Shown here: positions 18,171-26,793 of the stretch, piece after piece
Layout: each line of letters opens with the position of its first letter
Numbering within the stretch: the stretch's first letter is position 1
Source of the DNA: Desulfocapsa sulfexigens DSM 10523
Lineage (GTDB): Bacteria > Desulfobacterota > Desulfobulbia > Desulfobulbales > Desulfocapsaceae
DNA: 32,000 nucleotides
Assembly (NCBI RefSeq): GCF_000341395.1
Contig: NC_020304.1
Coordinates: forward strand, 2,970,001 to 3,002,000
Reading direction: 5' to 3'
Notes under the pieces: model-generated
Told to the model about the DNA's origin: nothing
What the model saw: the letters and a program-made list of their open reading frames with translations, nothing else
Database searches by the model: none
Translations under genes and position numbers: made by a program

Positions 18171-19442
18171 ATGAAGAATAGGGCAGTTATTCGTTTTTGG
18201 GCAATGATGACAATCCTGTTTTACAGCACAGCCCTTGCTCAGGCAGGGCAGGTGATAACCCAGGGTGAAAGGTCATGGGCCAAACAAGCTGTGCAGCAGG
18301 AAAAGTCACTAGCTGCCGCCAGTTCCCCGAATTCTATTGCGGTACTTTATTTTAACAACAAGTCTGGTCAGGAAAAATTGAACGCTCTGCAAAAAGGTAT
18401 GGCGGTGATGTTGATTTCTGACCTTTCTAAGGTAGAAGAGATTCAGGTTGTTGAACGGGTGAGAATGCAGGCCCTTCTGGATGAGATGGCTCTGGGAGCT
18501 TCCGGTCTTGTTACTGCAGAGACCGCCCCTAAAGTTGGTAAAATGCTCGGTGCCTCCTATGTGGCAAGTGGAGATATCCTCGGTGGAAATACCCAGGAAA
18601 TTTTAATAGATTCTTCTGTTCTTGAAATAATTTTTGAAACCCTTACTCGGCAGCCCATAGCCAGTGGAGCGCTGGATGAACTCTTCAGGCTGGAAAAAGA
18701 GATCCTCTTCAATATTATTGCTCAGATGAGGGTGACCATTTCTCCGGCAAAAAAAATCGAACTCGAAAAGCCATTATCTGTCAGTACTGCAGCTTTGCTG
18801 GCATTGTTTCTTGGTATTGATTACTCCGACAAGGGACGGTATGCCGAGGCTGCCAATATGTACCAGCAGGCTCTGGTCGAGGATCCTAAACTGGAAATGG
18901 CCAGGAGTGCCTTGCAGGAACTCAGAGCAATGGGACTGTCCACTGCTGAGGAGCTAGCGATAGTGGAGGAAACACCTCCTGCACCTCCTTCTCCAGCTGT
19001 GGAAGCTGAAGGCTCTTCCGTTGGCACTGTTGTTCTGGTTGGTCTGGGTGCCGCAGCCATTGGTGGAGCGGTCTTTGCCTTATCAGGATCAGGTTCCAGT
19101 GATGATAATGGATCATCTGATGTCGTTACACCAGAAGTTGATACCACTGCACCAGTTGCTACCCCATCACCTGGTACCAGTGAAACTCTTGACTGCATGA
19201 GCGGGTCTGTTGCTTTTTCTTTTTCTAAATCGATGTCGGACGCTGGTTCTGCTGAAATCTCTCCTAAGGATTTTGCCGACAGCCAGGGATGGTTCGGGGA
19301 CAGTTATGTTATTTCATGGGGGAATGATACCTCCACGTGCAGTAGCAGTCTAACATCCGTACAAATTACTTTAAGAAATTTTGAAGATACGGACGGAAAC
19401 GCACTGGCTAACCCTACAGTGTTTGATTATTCAGTTGAATAA
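18171..19442 (+). CDS. Secreted CsgG/FlgO-like protein with TPR-like segment and C-terminal Ig-like (Big_5-like) domain
   Basis: 423 aa with signal peptide. IAVLYFNNKSGQEKLNALQKGMAVMLISDLSKVEEIQVVERVRMQALLDEMALGASG. Gly-rich hydrophobic segment VVLVGLGAAAIGGAVFAL, then a DTTAPVATPSPGTSETL...VAFSFSKSMS region. Confidence 0.72.
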   Translation: MKNRAVIRFWAMMTILFYSTALAQAGQVITQGERSWAKQAVQQEKSLAAASSPNSIAVLYFNNKSGQEKLNALQKGMAVMLISDLSKVEEIQVVERVRMQALLDEMALGASGLVTAETAPKVGKMLGASYVASGDILGGNTQEILIDSSVLEIIFETLTRQPIASGALDELFRLEKEILFNIIAQMRVTISPAKKIELEKPLSVSTAALLALFLGIDYSDKGRYAEAANMYQQALVEDPKLEMARSALQELRAMGLSTAEELAIVEETPPAPPSPAVEAEGSSVGTVVLVGLGAAAIGGAVFALSGSGSSDDNGSSDVVTPEVDTTAPVATPSPGTSETLDCMSGSVAFSFSKSMSDAGSAEISPKDFADSQGWFGDSYVISWGNDTSTCSSSLTSVQITLRNFEDTDGNALANPTVFDYSVE

Positions 19443-19460
19443 GCAATACGTCAAATAGAG

Positions 19461-19496
19461 TACCGGATTTCCAGGGGTTGTTGTGGAAATCCGGTA
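19461..19496. terminator. Inverted repeat between convergent genes, likely bidirectional terminator
   Basis: Perfect 12-bp IR TACCGGATTTCC / GGAAATCCGGTA with a 12-nt loop. No strong T tract. Confidence 0.6.
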
Positions 19497-19507
19497 TGAA
19501 CTGTATT

Positions 19508-20020
19508 TTAGAAAAGTTGTGCTGTGACAGCTTCAACTGCAGCAAGCAGGGCTGAAACATTATCTGCCCTTATCGTATGGACGCCGGTTCGAACAACCGC
19601 TCCCGATGCGACTTCAATAAGGCGAAGATCGATTCGCAGTTGTTCTCCTACCTGTTGAAATCCACCAAAGACCATAAACTGGGCGCCAAGCAGGCGTCCA
19701 ACCTCAAGTCGGCTTGTCTCATCAACTAGCACAGAACTTCCAAGAGATAATTCCTCCAGTGCCAATACCAATTTTTCACGCTCGACAACGATGCATTCTC
19801 CTGACTCTTTCAGGGTTTCAGCAACCTTTGCGGTGAGGAATTCTTGCATGTCATCCAGGATCTGGTTTTCTGTAACGCTGTAATTCTCCAGATTCCAGAC
19901 TGCAACTACACTGCCACTGCCAAAGTATTCCGGTGTGTATTGTGGCTGTGAACCAGCACAGGCGTTAAGGAACATTGGCAGCAGCGATATGAACAAAAAG
20001 GGCCGCAACAACTTCTTCAT
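19508..20020 (-). CDS. FlgO/CsgG-like lipoprotein
   Basis: 170 aa. Lipobox MFLNAC. VVEREKLVLALEELSLGSSVLVDETSRLEVGRLLGAQFMVFGGF. Confidence 0.78.
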   Translation of the reverse strand: MKKLLRPFLFISLLPMFLNACAGSQPQYTPEYFGSGSVVAVWNLENYSVTENQILDDMQEFLTAKVAETLKESGECIVVEREKLVLALEELSLGSSVLVDETSRLEVGRLLGAQFMVFGGFQQVGEQLRIDLRLIEVASGAVVRTGVHTIRADNVSALLAAVEAVTAQLF

Positions 20021-21984
20021 GATTTGTTTCCTTCTGTAGTTGTAAAGCTCAGCTTCTCCTGCACCTTGTCATCCTGTTGTAATGGTCGTTTGGCATCACG
20101 AATACTGACAACACTCATATCCGGTTCCACTTGAATGACTTCCAGCATAGCCAGTGTTTGAGGAAGTCCATGCAAGGTTTTACCTTTGTATTGTATTGGT
20201 TCACCTTCCATAATGGCTTCGAAAGATGATCCGAGAACAACCCCCTGATTTGTGCCGATATTGATAACAGCCTGGTCACCAGTGATCTGGACAATGAAAC
20301 CCTGTAGTGGATATTTCTCCATAATAGTCCGTAAAATCTCCTGGGTGACCTTTTCTGTTTCCTCTTCAATATTTCTGGCTCCGGTGGCAAGTTTCCTGGT
20401 TAATACTTTGGGGATAGCGGTTGTTTCGGTATCTATCAGGCGGAGACTCAGTAGAGTCTGGTCAGGCAAATGGAGCAGGGCACCGGTGGAAACGATCTTC
20501 GCGGCAAGAATACGACCGAGTTGGAGGGCGGTTTCCGGGTCAGCAAGTTCCGAAGAACCAAGGTTGAGTTCCTCAAGCAGGCGGTCCATCAGTACACGTT
20601 CCACCACTCGTACCCGTCCCGACTGGTTGAGTTGTTCTGCAAGTTGGGTAGTCAAAACCATTGATAATCCGTCTCGTTCGCTCAACCCTCCTTTTTCGTG
20701 GAAATCTACAAAAGAAAGGACCATTGGCCGTGAAGTCCAGTTATCTTTAGAATTGAAGAAGGGGATTACGGTTTCTTTGGAACGAAAGCGTGTGGCTAAT
20801 TCCTTGACTAATTTGTCGATGCGCTGTTTTTCAGAAGTGTTTTTCTGCAACTCCATCATGTCTTTTGTTTGCCTTGCAAGAACTGCAGAAAACTGGTCGT
20901 TTTTATTAATGGTCATGGCCTGCTGAAACATTTCCATGGCTTTATCAAGTTGCCCTTCTTTCTGGTAGGTCACTCCCTTATTGGACATAGCTACAAGATT
21001 ATAGGGATCAAGTTCTACCGTCTGGTCGTAGTTGATACGTGCCAGATCAAAATTTTCTGTACTGGCATAAAGCCTGCCAAGCTGGTTATGGGCCTCAGCT
21101 TTCTGACTCAGGCTTCCCTCCGGTTTAGTTACGGCCTCCTGATATTCTGCCATTGCTTCTTCTTTCTTATTTTGAGCGTAAAGGATGTCACCTTTAATAA
21201 CATTGACAGCACCACGACCCGGTGCTTTGGTTTCAACCTCGTTGGCTACGGCCATAGCTTTTTCAACATTGCCCTCTCTTGCATAAATTTTAGCAAGACC
21301 CTCTTTTCCGAGAATTTCACCTTCTCCAGGTTCCTGTGCCAGATCGTTAAAAATATCTTCCGCTTTATCTACTTCATCTGCCTTGAGAGCCGCGTAGCCA
21401 TAGACAGTTTTTGCCTCAAAGGAATCCGGGTTGTCGGACTGCACTTCCAGACTGATGGCCTGAGCCAAGAGAGGTTCGTTACGCTGTAATTCTCTTTCAG
21501 CGAGGCTGATCAACATTTTTTCAGTACTTTCTCCTCCTCCCTGAAAGGAATTAATGATCCTGCGTTCTGGTCCCAGGATATAGACTGTTGGAAGAATGAG
21601 TTCTGCGTGATATGTGGAACTGATTCCTTTTTGATCCTGCATCACCGGAAAACCTGCCTTATGGGTTACGATGAAATCTGAAACACTGTTTTTACTGGAA
21701 GTGGTAATACCCCATACCAGCAGGTCTGTATCCTTGAAGGAATTGAGAAGTTTGTTTAGAGTCAACAGTCCTTCCTGGCTGGCAGGAGAACTTGTATCAA
21801 AAAAATAAAGGACTATGAGAGAATGGTCTTTCATAGCTGAAAGTTGATAAGGACGGCCATAAACATCTTCCAGAGTGAAATCAGGGGCGACGTCACCTGG
21901 ATTGAACTGTGCCCGGCTTATTGCCGGATTCGTGAGAAGAAGTAGCAATGCTAAAAAGAGCAAAAGTTTGATTTGGTGGTGCAT
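20017..21984 (-). CDS. Secreted protein: degenerate thioredoxin-like domain + TPR + CsgG-like domain
   Basis: 655 aa. Signal peptide, FNPGDVAPDFTLEDVYGRPYQLSAMKDHSLIVLYFFDTSSPASQEG...LPTVYILGPERRI, TPR units (NQLGRLYASTENFDLARINYDQTVELDPYN), then VVERVLMDRLLEELNLGSSELADPETALQLGRIL. Confidence 0.82.
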   Translation of the reverse strand: MHHQIKLLLFLALLLLLTNPAISRAQFNPGDVAPDFTLEDVYGRPYQLSAMKDHSLIVLYFFDTSSPASQEGLLTLNKLLNSFKDTDLLVWGITTSSKNSVSDFIVTHKAGFPVMQDQKGISSTYHAELILPTVYILGPERRIINSFQGGGESTEKMLISLAERELQRNEPLLAQAISLEVQSDNPDSFEAKTVYGYAALKADEVDKAEDIFNDLAQEPGEGEILGKEGLAKIYAREGNVEKAMAVANEVETKAPGRGAVNVIKGDILYAQNKKEEAMAEYQEAVTKPEGSLSQKAEAHNQLGRLYASTENFDLARINYDQTVELDPYNLVAMSNKGVTYQKEGQLDKAMEMFQQAMTINKNDQFSAVLARQTKDMMELQKNTSEKQRIDKLVKELATRFRSKETVIPFFNSKDNWTSRPMVLSFVDFHEKGGLSERDGLSMVLTTQLAEQLNQSGRVRVVERVLMDRLLEELNLGSSELADPETALQLGRILAAKIVSTGALLHLPDQTLLSLRLIDTETTAIPKVLTRKLATGARNIEEETEKVTQEILRTIMEKYPLQGFIVQITGDQAVINIGTNQGVVLGSSFEAIMEGEPIQYKGKTLHGLPQTLAMLEVIQVEPDMSVVSIRDAKRPLQQDDKVQEKLSFTTTEGNKS

Positions 21985-22014
21985 GAGATCCTCCGTGTTG
22001 AATGTGTTTGTCAG

Positions 22015-23664
22015 CTATTCTGGTAAAAGAGAGATGGAGAGTGGAACCAGTCCTCCCTTGCTGAGGTTCAGCTGGGCCTGCCAGTTAAGATGTCCCTGCA
22101 GTTCAAGTTTCACCTCATGTTTTATTGCTGTAACCTCAATCTCCAGGGGGGTTAATCCATGATAGTTCCCGTCTATGTAGAGGCTTGCTCCAGATGGACT
22201 GCTGTTTATTTGTAAGGTTGTTATTTTTTTCTGGATATCGGAATTCTCTTCTTTTCCTATTGGTGGTAGTGAGGCTACTACTGTACCAGGCGTAATTGGT
22301 GACGAAGGTTTTAAGCTGCCATCTGGCTCAATTCCCAGTTCAACTTTTGTCAAGGAAGCTGGTTTCGTGGCAGTTTCAGGCTCGTTTGTGGAGGGAAAAA
22401 TTGGTGCATTCTCTCTGTCATCTGTAAAAAGATCGTCAAACGACTCTTCGACCCGTTGTGCCTGCAACGTTTCTTTTTTTATTTCTGGTACTGCATCGGG
22501 TACGGGAGAGGCTTCTTCAGAATCAGGTGATATAACGGGTGTGGGTGCCACAGATGATTGGGGGACGGAAGGTACATAAATCGGGGCAAGTGGTTCTTCA
22601 GGTTTACTTGGTAGTACTACCGGAGGAACGGGTGTGGTCTCCTCATCTTGCACAGCAATGTGCGAGGGCTGTTCCGATATTGCGGCCGTATTTTTTTGTT
22701 GCTGGACATCATCTGCTGTAGGTGGCCTCATGGTGAGATAAGCGACCAGGGCAGCTCCGCAGAAGAGGAGAGCGGTCGCTATCATAAAGCCGTTATAAGA
22801 ACGCCGTTTTTCAGGTGCTGTCTGAATAATTGTTTCGCTAAAAGATTCCTGAGATTGAACATTAAGACAGTTGCCAAGAAGTTCTGACATCTCCTGGCCA
22901 CTGCGGAATCGATCTTCAGGTTTTCTGGCCATGGCTTTCAGGATCAGCTTTGAGAGAGCCGGGGGGATATCAGGGTTGAGCTGATCCGGTGGAACAGGAT
23001 CATCCTGGGTGATGGCTCTAAAGACGGCAGTGAGGTTCTCACCCTTGAATGGACGATGACCTGTGGTGAGCTCATAGAGAATGACACCTAAAGAGTAAAG
23101 ATCGGATCGACCATCAACGGTTTGTCCCATGACCTGCTCAGGGGCCATATAGACAGGGGTACCAAGGATCTCACCGGCTCGAGTCATCTGCTGACCATCC
23201 GGATCATCGATATGGGCAATCCCAAAGTCTGTTACCTTAAGAATATTTTCAGGAGTACAGATAATATTTGGCGGTTTGATATCACGGTGAATGATCCCTC
23301 TTGTATGTGCATAATGGAGGGCCTGGGCTATCTGTATTCCGATATCAACGATGTCGGTCAGGCTTAAATTGCCAGCTTTGACCAGTTGATCCATGGATTG
23401 CCCTTCCAGAAATTCCATCGCAATGTAGATGGTGCCGTGATCCTGGCCAATATCATAGACTGTCACTATGCCTGGATGGGAGAGTCGTCCAATGGCGGTA
23501 GCTTCTTTGAGAAAACGCTGCACGTAGTCCTCGGTGGTAAGTCGATCTTCACGAAGTACCTTCAGTGCCACCATACGGTTAATCTGAGGGTCATGGGCCT
23601 GATAAACCTTACCCATGGCACCTCTACCGAGTTCGGAAACGATTTCATACCTACCGTATTTCAT
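22015..23664 (-). CDS. Transmembrane Ser/Thr protein kinase with C-terminal PEGA domain
   Basis: 549 aa. YEIVSELGRGAMGKVYQAHD, VALKVL, IHRDIKPPNI, VTDFGIAHI, GTPVYMAPEQV. TM segment FMIATALLFCGAALVAYLTM, Pro-rich linker, SSPSGASLYIDGNYHGLTPLEIEV (PEGA). Confidence 0.96.
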   Translation of the reverse strand: MKYGRYEIVSELGRGAMGKVYQAHDPQINRMVALKVLREDRLTTEDYVQRFLKEATAIGRLSHPGIVTVYDIGQDHGTIYIAMEFLEGQSMDQLVKAGNLSLTDIVDIGIQIAQALHYAHTRGIIHRDIKPPNIICTPENILKVTDFGIAHIDDPDGQQMTRAGEILGTPVYMAPEQVMGQTVDGRSDLYSLGVILYELTTGHRPFKGENLTAVFRAITQDDPVPPDQLNPDIPPALSKLILKAMARKPEDRFRSGQEMSELLGNCLNVQSQESFSETIIQTAPEKRRSYNGFMIATALLFCGAALVAYLTMRPPTADDVQQQKNTAAISEQPSHIAVQDEETTPVPPVVLPSKPEEPLAPIYVPSVPQSSVAPTPVISPDSEEASPVPDAVPEIKKETLQAQRVEESFDDLFTDDRENAPIFPSTNEPETATKPASLTKVELGIEPDGSLKPSSPITPGTVVASLPPIGKEENSDIQKKITTLQINSSPSGASLYIDGNYHGLTPLEIEVTAIKHEVKLELQGHLNWQAQLNLSKGGLVPLSISLLPE

Positions 23665-24602
23665 TGCTTATCCTGCTCATTGAGAAAATCGATAACGGTT
23701 TCAAGAGGGATTAAAAAACCGATTCCGGTGGATACTCGATGGCGCCCTTTGACAATGGCTACAAAAGCACCATTTTCATCGAACACAGGACTGCCACTGC
23801 TGCCTGGTTGAATTTCCATGCTGGCCTGCCATATTGGCTGATTATTTGCCATACGGGGAGGGCCATTGATAAAACCTGAACTGATTGTGCCCCGGAGGCT
23901 TACCGGGCATCCTATTGAGAAGACTTTCTCTCCCATCCCTAGCAAGTTGCGCCCCCCTTCGAGTTCGATAAATTGATCTTTATCGGTTGTGATCTGTATG
24001 AGAGCCAGGTCACGATCAAAATCGATTTTTACAATATCACCCTTGAAATGGGTGTTTATCGTGGAGATGATGTTGACCTCCTCGTGTTCTTTAAGGTCAT
24101 GTGCAGTGGATAGAATTAGCCCTTTTCTGTCTATGAAAACTCCGGAAAACTGAACAGTCTCTCCCTGATGATTTGCATTAATACAGGCAACGGTACCAAT
24201 TTTTTCCAGGATAGTTGCCGGGATTTGCGCTTGCTGCTGGTTCGTTGTGTGGAAGGAGAGTGTATTCTTATCCTTAACGTACTGGAGGAGTTCTTTAAAG
24301 TTCTCTTCTCTCTGTGTATCGTTTTCAACATGGACAGTCAGCTTTGTAGTTAGAGGTGAGTGGGGAGTGAGTTCGATAGACCACCCCTGGTTCAGTTGTA
24401 AGCTTCGGATATGAATCGGACCACCTGGGGTGGTGATGACCTGGAAGGTGAGGTCATTCTTCTCTAGCCATCGGGAAACGGAATCTCGTGTTGCTGCTAT
24501 GGAGAGAGGATATTGCTCAATGATTTCAGAAGAGTGAACGGTGTTCGTGGCGGATAGCCATGCTATGGTGAGGAGAAAAAGGAAGGGGAAATATTTGTTC
24601 AT
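23661..24602 (-). CDS. Secreted trypsin-like serine protease
   Basis: 313 aa. Signal peptide, candidate triad residues in LILSTAHDL, FDRDLALIQI and QPGSSGSPVFDENGAFVAIV. Confidence 0.85.
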   Translation of the reverse strand: MNKYFPFLFLLTIAWLSATNTVHSSEIIEQYPLSIAATRDSVSRWLEKNDLTFQVITTPGGPIHIRSLQLNQGWSIELTPHSPLTTKLTVHVENDTQREENFKELLQYVKDKNTLSFHTTNQQQAQIPATILEKIGTVACINANHQGETVQFSGVFIDRKGLILSTAHDLKEHEEVNIISTINTHFKGDIVKIDFDRDLALIQITTDKDQFIELEGGRNLLGMGEKVFSIGCPVSLRGTISSGFINGPPRMANNQPIWQASMEIQPGSSGSPVFDENGAFVAIVKGRHRVSTGIGFLIPLETVIDFLNEQDKQ

Positions 24603-25339
24603 GGTAAGACTTCCACCAGTACTGCGGTAATATTGTCACGGCCACCATTGGTCTTAGCACGTTCAATAAGCGTGGCAGTTCGTTGCTGCAGCGATTCTCT
24701 TCTGAGGAGTATTTTCGTAATAACCTCTTCGGTAACCATATCAGTCAGTCCATCGGAGCAGAGAAGAAAAAGATCTTTTGTCAAATATCGCCCTCGAATA
24801 ATATCAATTTCCAGTTTCTCTTCAATCCCTACTGCTCTGCTGATTACATTACGTAAACGGTGTGTTCGTGCAGCTTCTTTGGAAATCAAGCCTTGATCCA
24901 CCTGATTCTGGACAAGCGAATGATCCTTGGTCAGGCGGGTCAGCTTTCCATTGCGAAGGCGGTATGATCTGCTGTCTCCTATATGACCCAGAGCAAAGCC
25001 ATTATGATGAAAGAGGAGAAGTTCAGCCGTACATCCCATGCCACTGTGGTCTGGGGTGCTAAGAATATGGCTTCTGATTTCCTTATTGGCCGTAAGAAAA
25101 ATCTTCTTAATCAGAGCCACAGTGTTACTTTCTGATTGATTTCCAGATTGAGGAATTAGTTGAGCAGCTGTATCTGCAAATATTCGACTTGCAATCTCAC
25201 CGGCGGCTGCACCGCCCATACCGTCAGCAACAAGAAAACAATATGTGTCTTTCTGTATAAAGTAGCTATCTTCATTACTGCTACGATGCAAGCCGATATC
25301 AGTCAAGCCGCTGGCTGATAACTTGAGGTTCATTTCCAT
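24599..25339 (-). CDS. PP2C-family protein serine/threonine phosphatase
   Basis: 246 aa. SNEDSYFIQKDTYCFLVADGMGGAAAGEIAS, GHIGDSRSYRLRNGKLTRLTKDHSLV, LLCSDGLTDMV, GGRDNITAVLVEV. Confidence 0.96.
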   Translation of the reverse strand: MEMNLKLSASGLTDIGLHRSSNEDSYFIQKDTYCFLVADGMGGAAAGEIASRIFADTAAQLIPQSGNQSESNTVALIKKIFLTANKEIRSHILSTPDHSGMGCTAELLLFHHNGFALGHIGDSRSYRLRNGKLTRLTKDHSLVQNQVDQGLISKEAARTHRLRNVISRAVGIEEKLEIDIIRGRYLTKDLFLLCSDGLTDMVTEEVITKILLRRESLQQRTATLIERAKTNGGRDNITAVLVEVLP

Positions 25340-25496
25340 GCAGCCGAATCCTCTCGATGAGAGTATATAAAAATGAAGCTAATCGTGTTTTCCGTGCGAG
25401 CGGATAATGTATTCTTTTTCTATAGTATGAAAAAGACTCCTTAAGTGCGAATTCTATCGAAAAAAAGCTTTAAGATCAATATGATTTTGATATGAT

Positions 25497-25697
25497 ATGG
25501 AAGAAGAGGGAAATGATCCTTGCACCTGTTTCAGTCCTGACCTTTATGGGTGTAAAGATACCAACCGAATTATCCGTATTGATCTTAACGGAGCAGAAGT
25601 ATCCGTGTGTACGTGGCAGGAAGGACTGTTTGAGGCGAACGTGAATATGTTATATGTTGAATACCCTATTGTAATAACAAATGAATATCCCAGATAA
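25497..25697 (+). CDS. Small hypothetical protein preceding the double-FHA gene
   Basis: 66 aa ORF in the divergent intergenic region, overlapping the next start by 17 nt in a different frame. No family recognised. Confidence 0.3.
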   Translation: MEEEGNDPCTCFSPDLYGCKDTNRIIRIDLNGAEVSVCTWQEGLFEANVNMLYVEYPIVITNEYPR

Positions 25698-26703
25698 AAA
25701 AGTACAGTTAGTGCATCTGAACGGGCCGTTTAAAGGTGAAATTCAAGATTTCTTTGAATCGGTTATTGTTATTGGGAGACATCCTGATTGCCAGCTGGTC
25801 TTTCCGAGTGATTCCACAGCAATTTCACGGAAACATGCTGAAATTAGACGGGAGGGGAACCGCTTCAAGTTTCTGGATTACAGCGCAAATGGTACCCTGA
25901 TCAATGGTATAGAGCAAAAAGATGTTTTTTTAAAAGATGGTGATGTGCTGATTATTGGTGGAGAGGGAGGGCCAAAGGTCAGTTTTTTGAGTTCAAAAGT
26001 TACTCCCGAAGAAAAGGAGGCCATTGCTTCTTCTGGAGATATGAATAGACAGCAGGATCCAAGTGTATCGCTGTCACCGCCTGATAAGGTGCAGACACCT
26101 AAAATAGAAGAGTCGCCTGAAAATGTTCCGCTAGCTCAGTCTCTGCAGAAATCACCAGTGATAGAACCTTTGCCATCGTCATCGATGAAAGGTCCTCGAG
26201 ATTCTGCGCCGATTCCTACAGTTAATAAAAGCTTTATCATCCAGTATGGGGCAACCCTTACCTCCTTTAAGAAGTTACCAATCATCATCGGGAGTGGCAG
26301 TGATTGTGACTGTACATTGCAGCATCATGCTCTGCTTGACCACCATGCACAGATTTTCTTCCGGGACAATCAGTACTGGGTGAAAGACCTTACCGGCCGT
26401 GGAATGCTGACGGTCAATTTACGACCGGTTCAGTCTGAATCATCGCTTCAGCCAGATACCTGTCTGGCCCTCACACCTCAGGGGCCTAAGTTTCAATTTC
26501 TTGGCGAAGGCAGGCTAGCTGAAATTGAGACAACGGAAGAATCGGAAAAGAGACTGGAACCAGTGCAATCAGACAAGTACCAGCAACAGCAATCAAGAGG
26601 ATCCAGTGTCAAACCATCCGGAGGCGGCAAAAAGCTGTTCTGGATTCTGTTTACTCTGCTGCTTGTACTCGGGATTCCAATAGCAGTCTGGTATTTCCTG
26701 TAA
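25681..26703 (+). CDS. Tail-anchored protein with two FHA domains (second divergent)
   Basis: 340 aa. FHA1 VIVIGRHPDCQLVFPSDSTAISRKHAEIRREGNRFKFLDYSANGTLINGIE. FHA2-like LPIIIGSGSDCDCTLQHHALLDHHAQIFFRDNQYWVKDLTGRGMLTVN. C-terminal TM KKLFWILFTLLLVLGIPIAVWYFL. Confidence 0.85.
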   Translation: MNIPDKKVQLVHLNGPFKGEIQDFFESVIVIGRHPDCQLVFPSDSTAISRKHAEIRREGNRFKFLDYSANGTLINGIEQKDVFLKDGDVLIIGGEGGPKVSFLSSKVTPEEKEAIASSGDMNRQQDPSVSLSPPDKVQTPKIEESPENVPLAQSLQKSPVIEPLPSSSMKGPRDSAPIPTVNKSFIIQYGATLTSFKKLPIIIGSGSDCDCTLQHHALLDHHAQIFFRDNQYWVKDLTGRGMLTVNLRPVQSESSLQPDTCLALTPQGPKFQFLGEGRLAEIETTEESEKRLEPVQSDKYQQQQSRGSSVKPSGGGKKLFWILFTLLLVLGIPIAVWYFL

Positions 26704-26793
26704 CTATCTTGTTTTTGAGATCTACTCAAAATGTACCGTGTAACAAATACAATATCTCCGTCAGTTCAAGAATAACTCAGCAAGGAGGCCTGC

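Noticed and set aside
20252-21489. Antisense ORFs of 224 aa and 206 aa (20252..20926 +, 20869..21489 +)
   Set aside because: They lie entirely opposite the well-supported Trx/TPR/CsgG gene, and their composition is Ser/Arg- or Phe/Leu-rich as expected for shadow frames.
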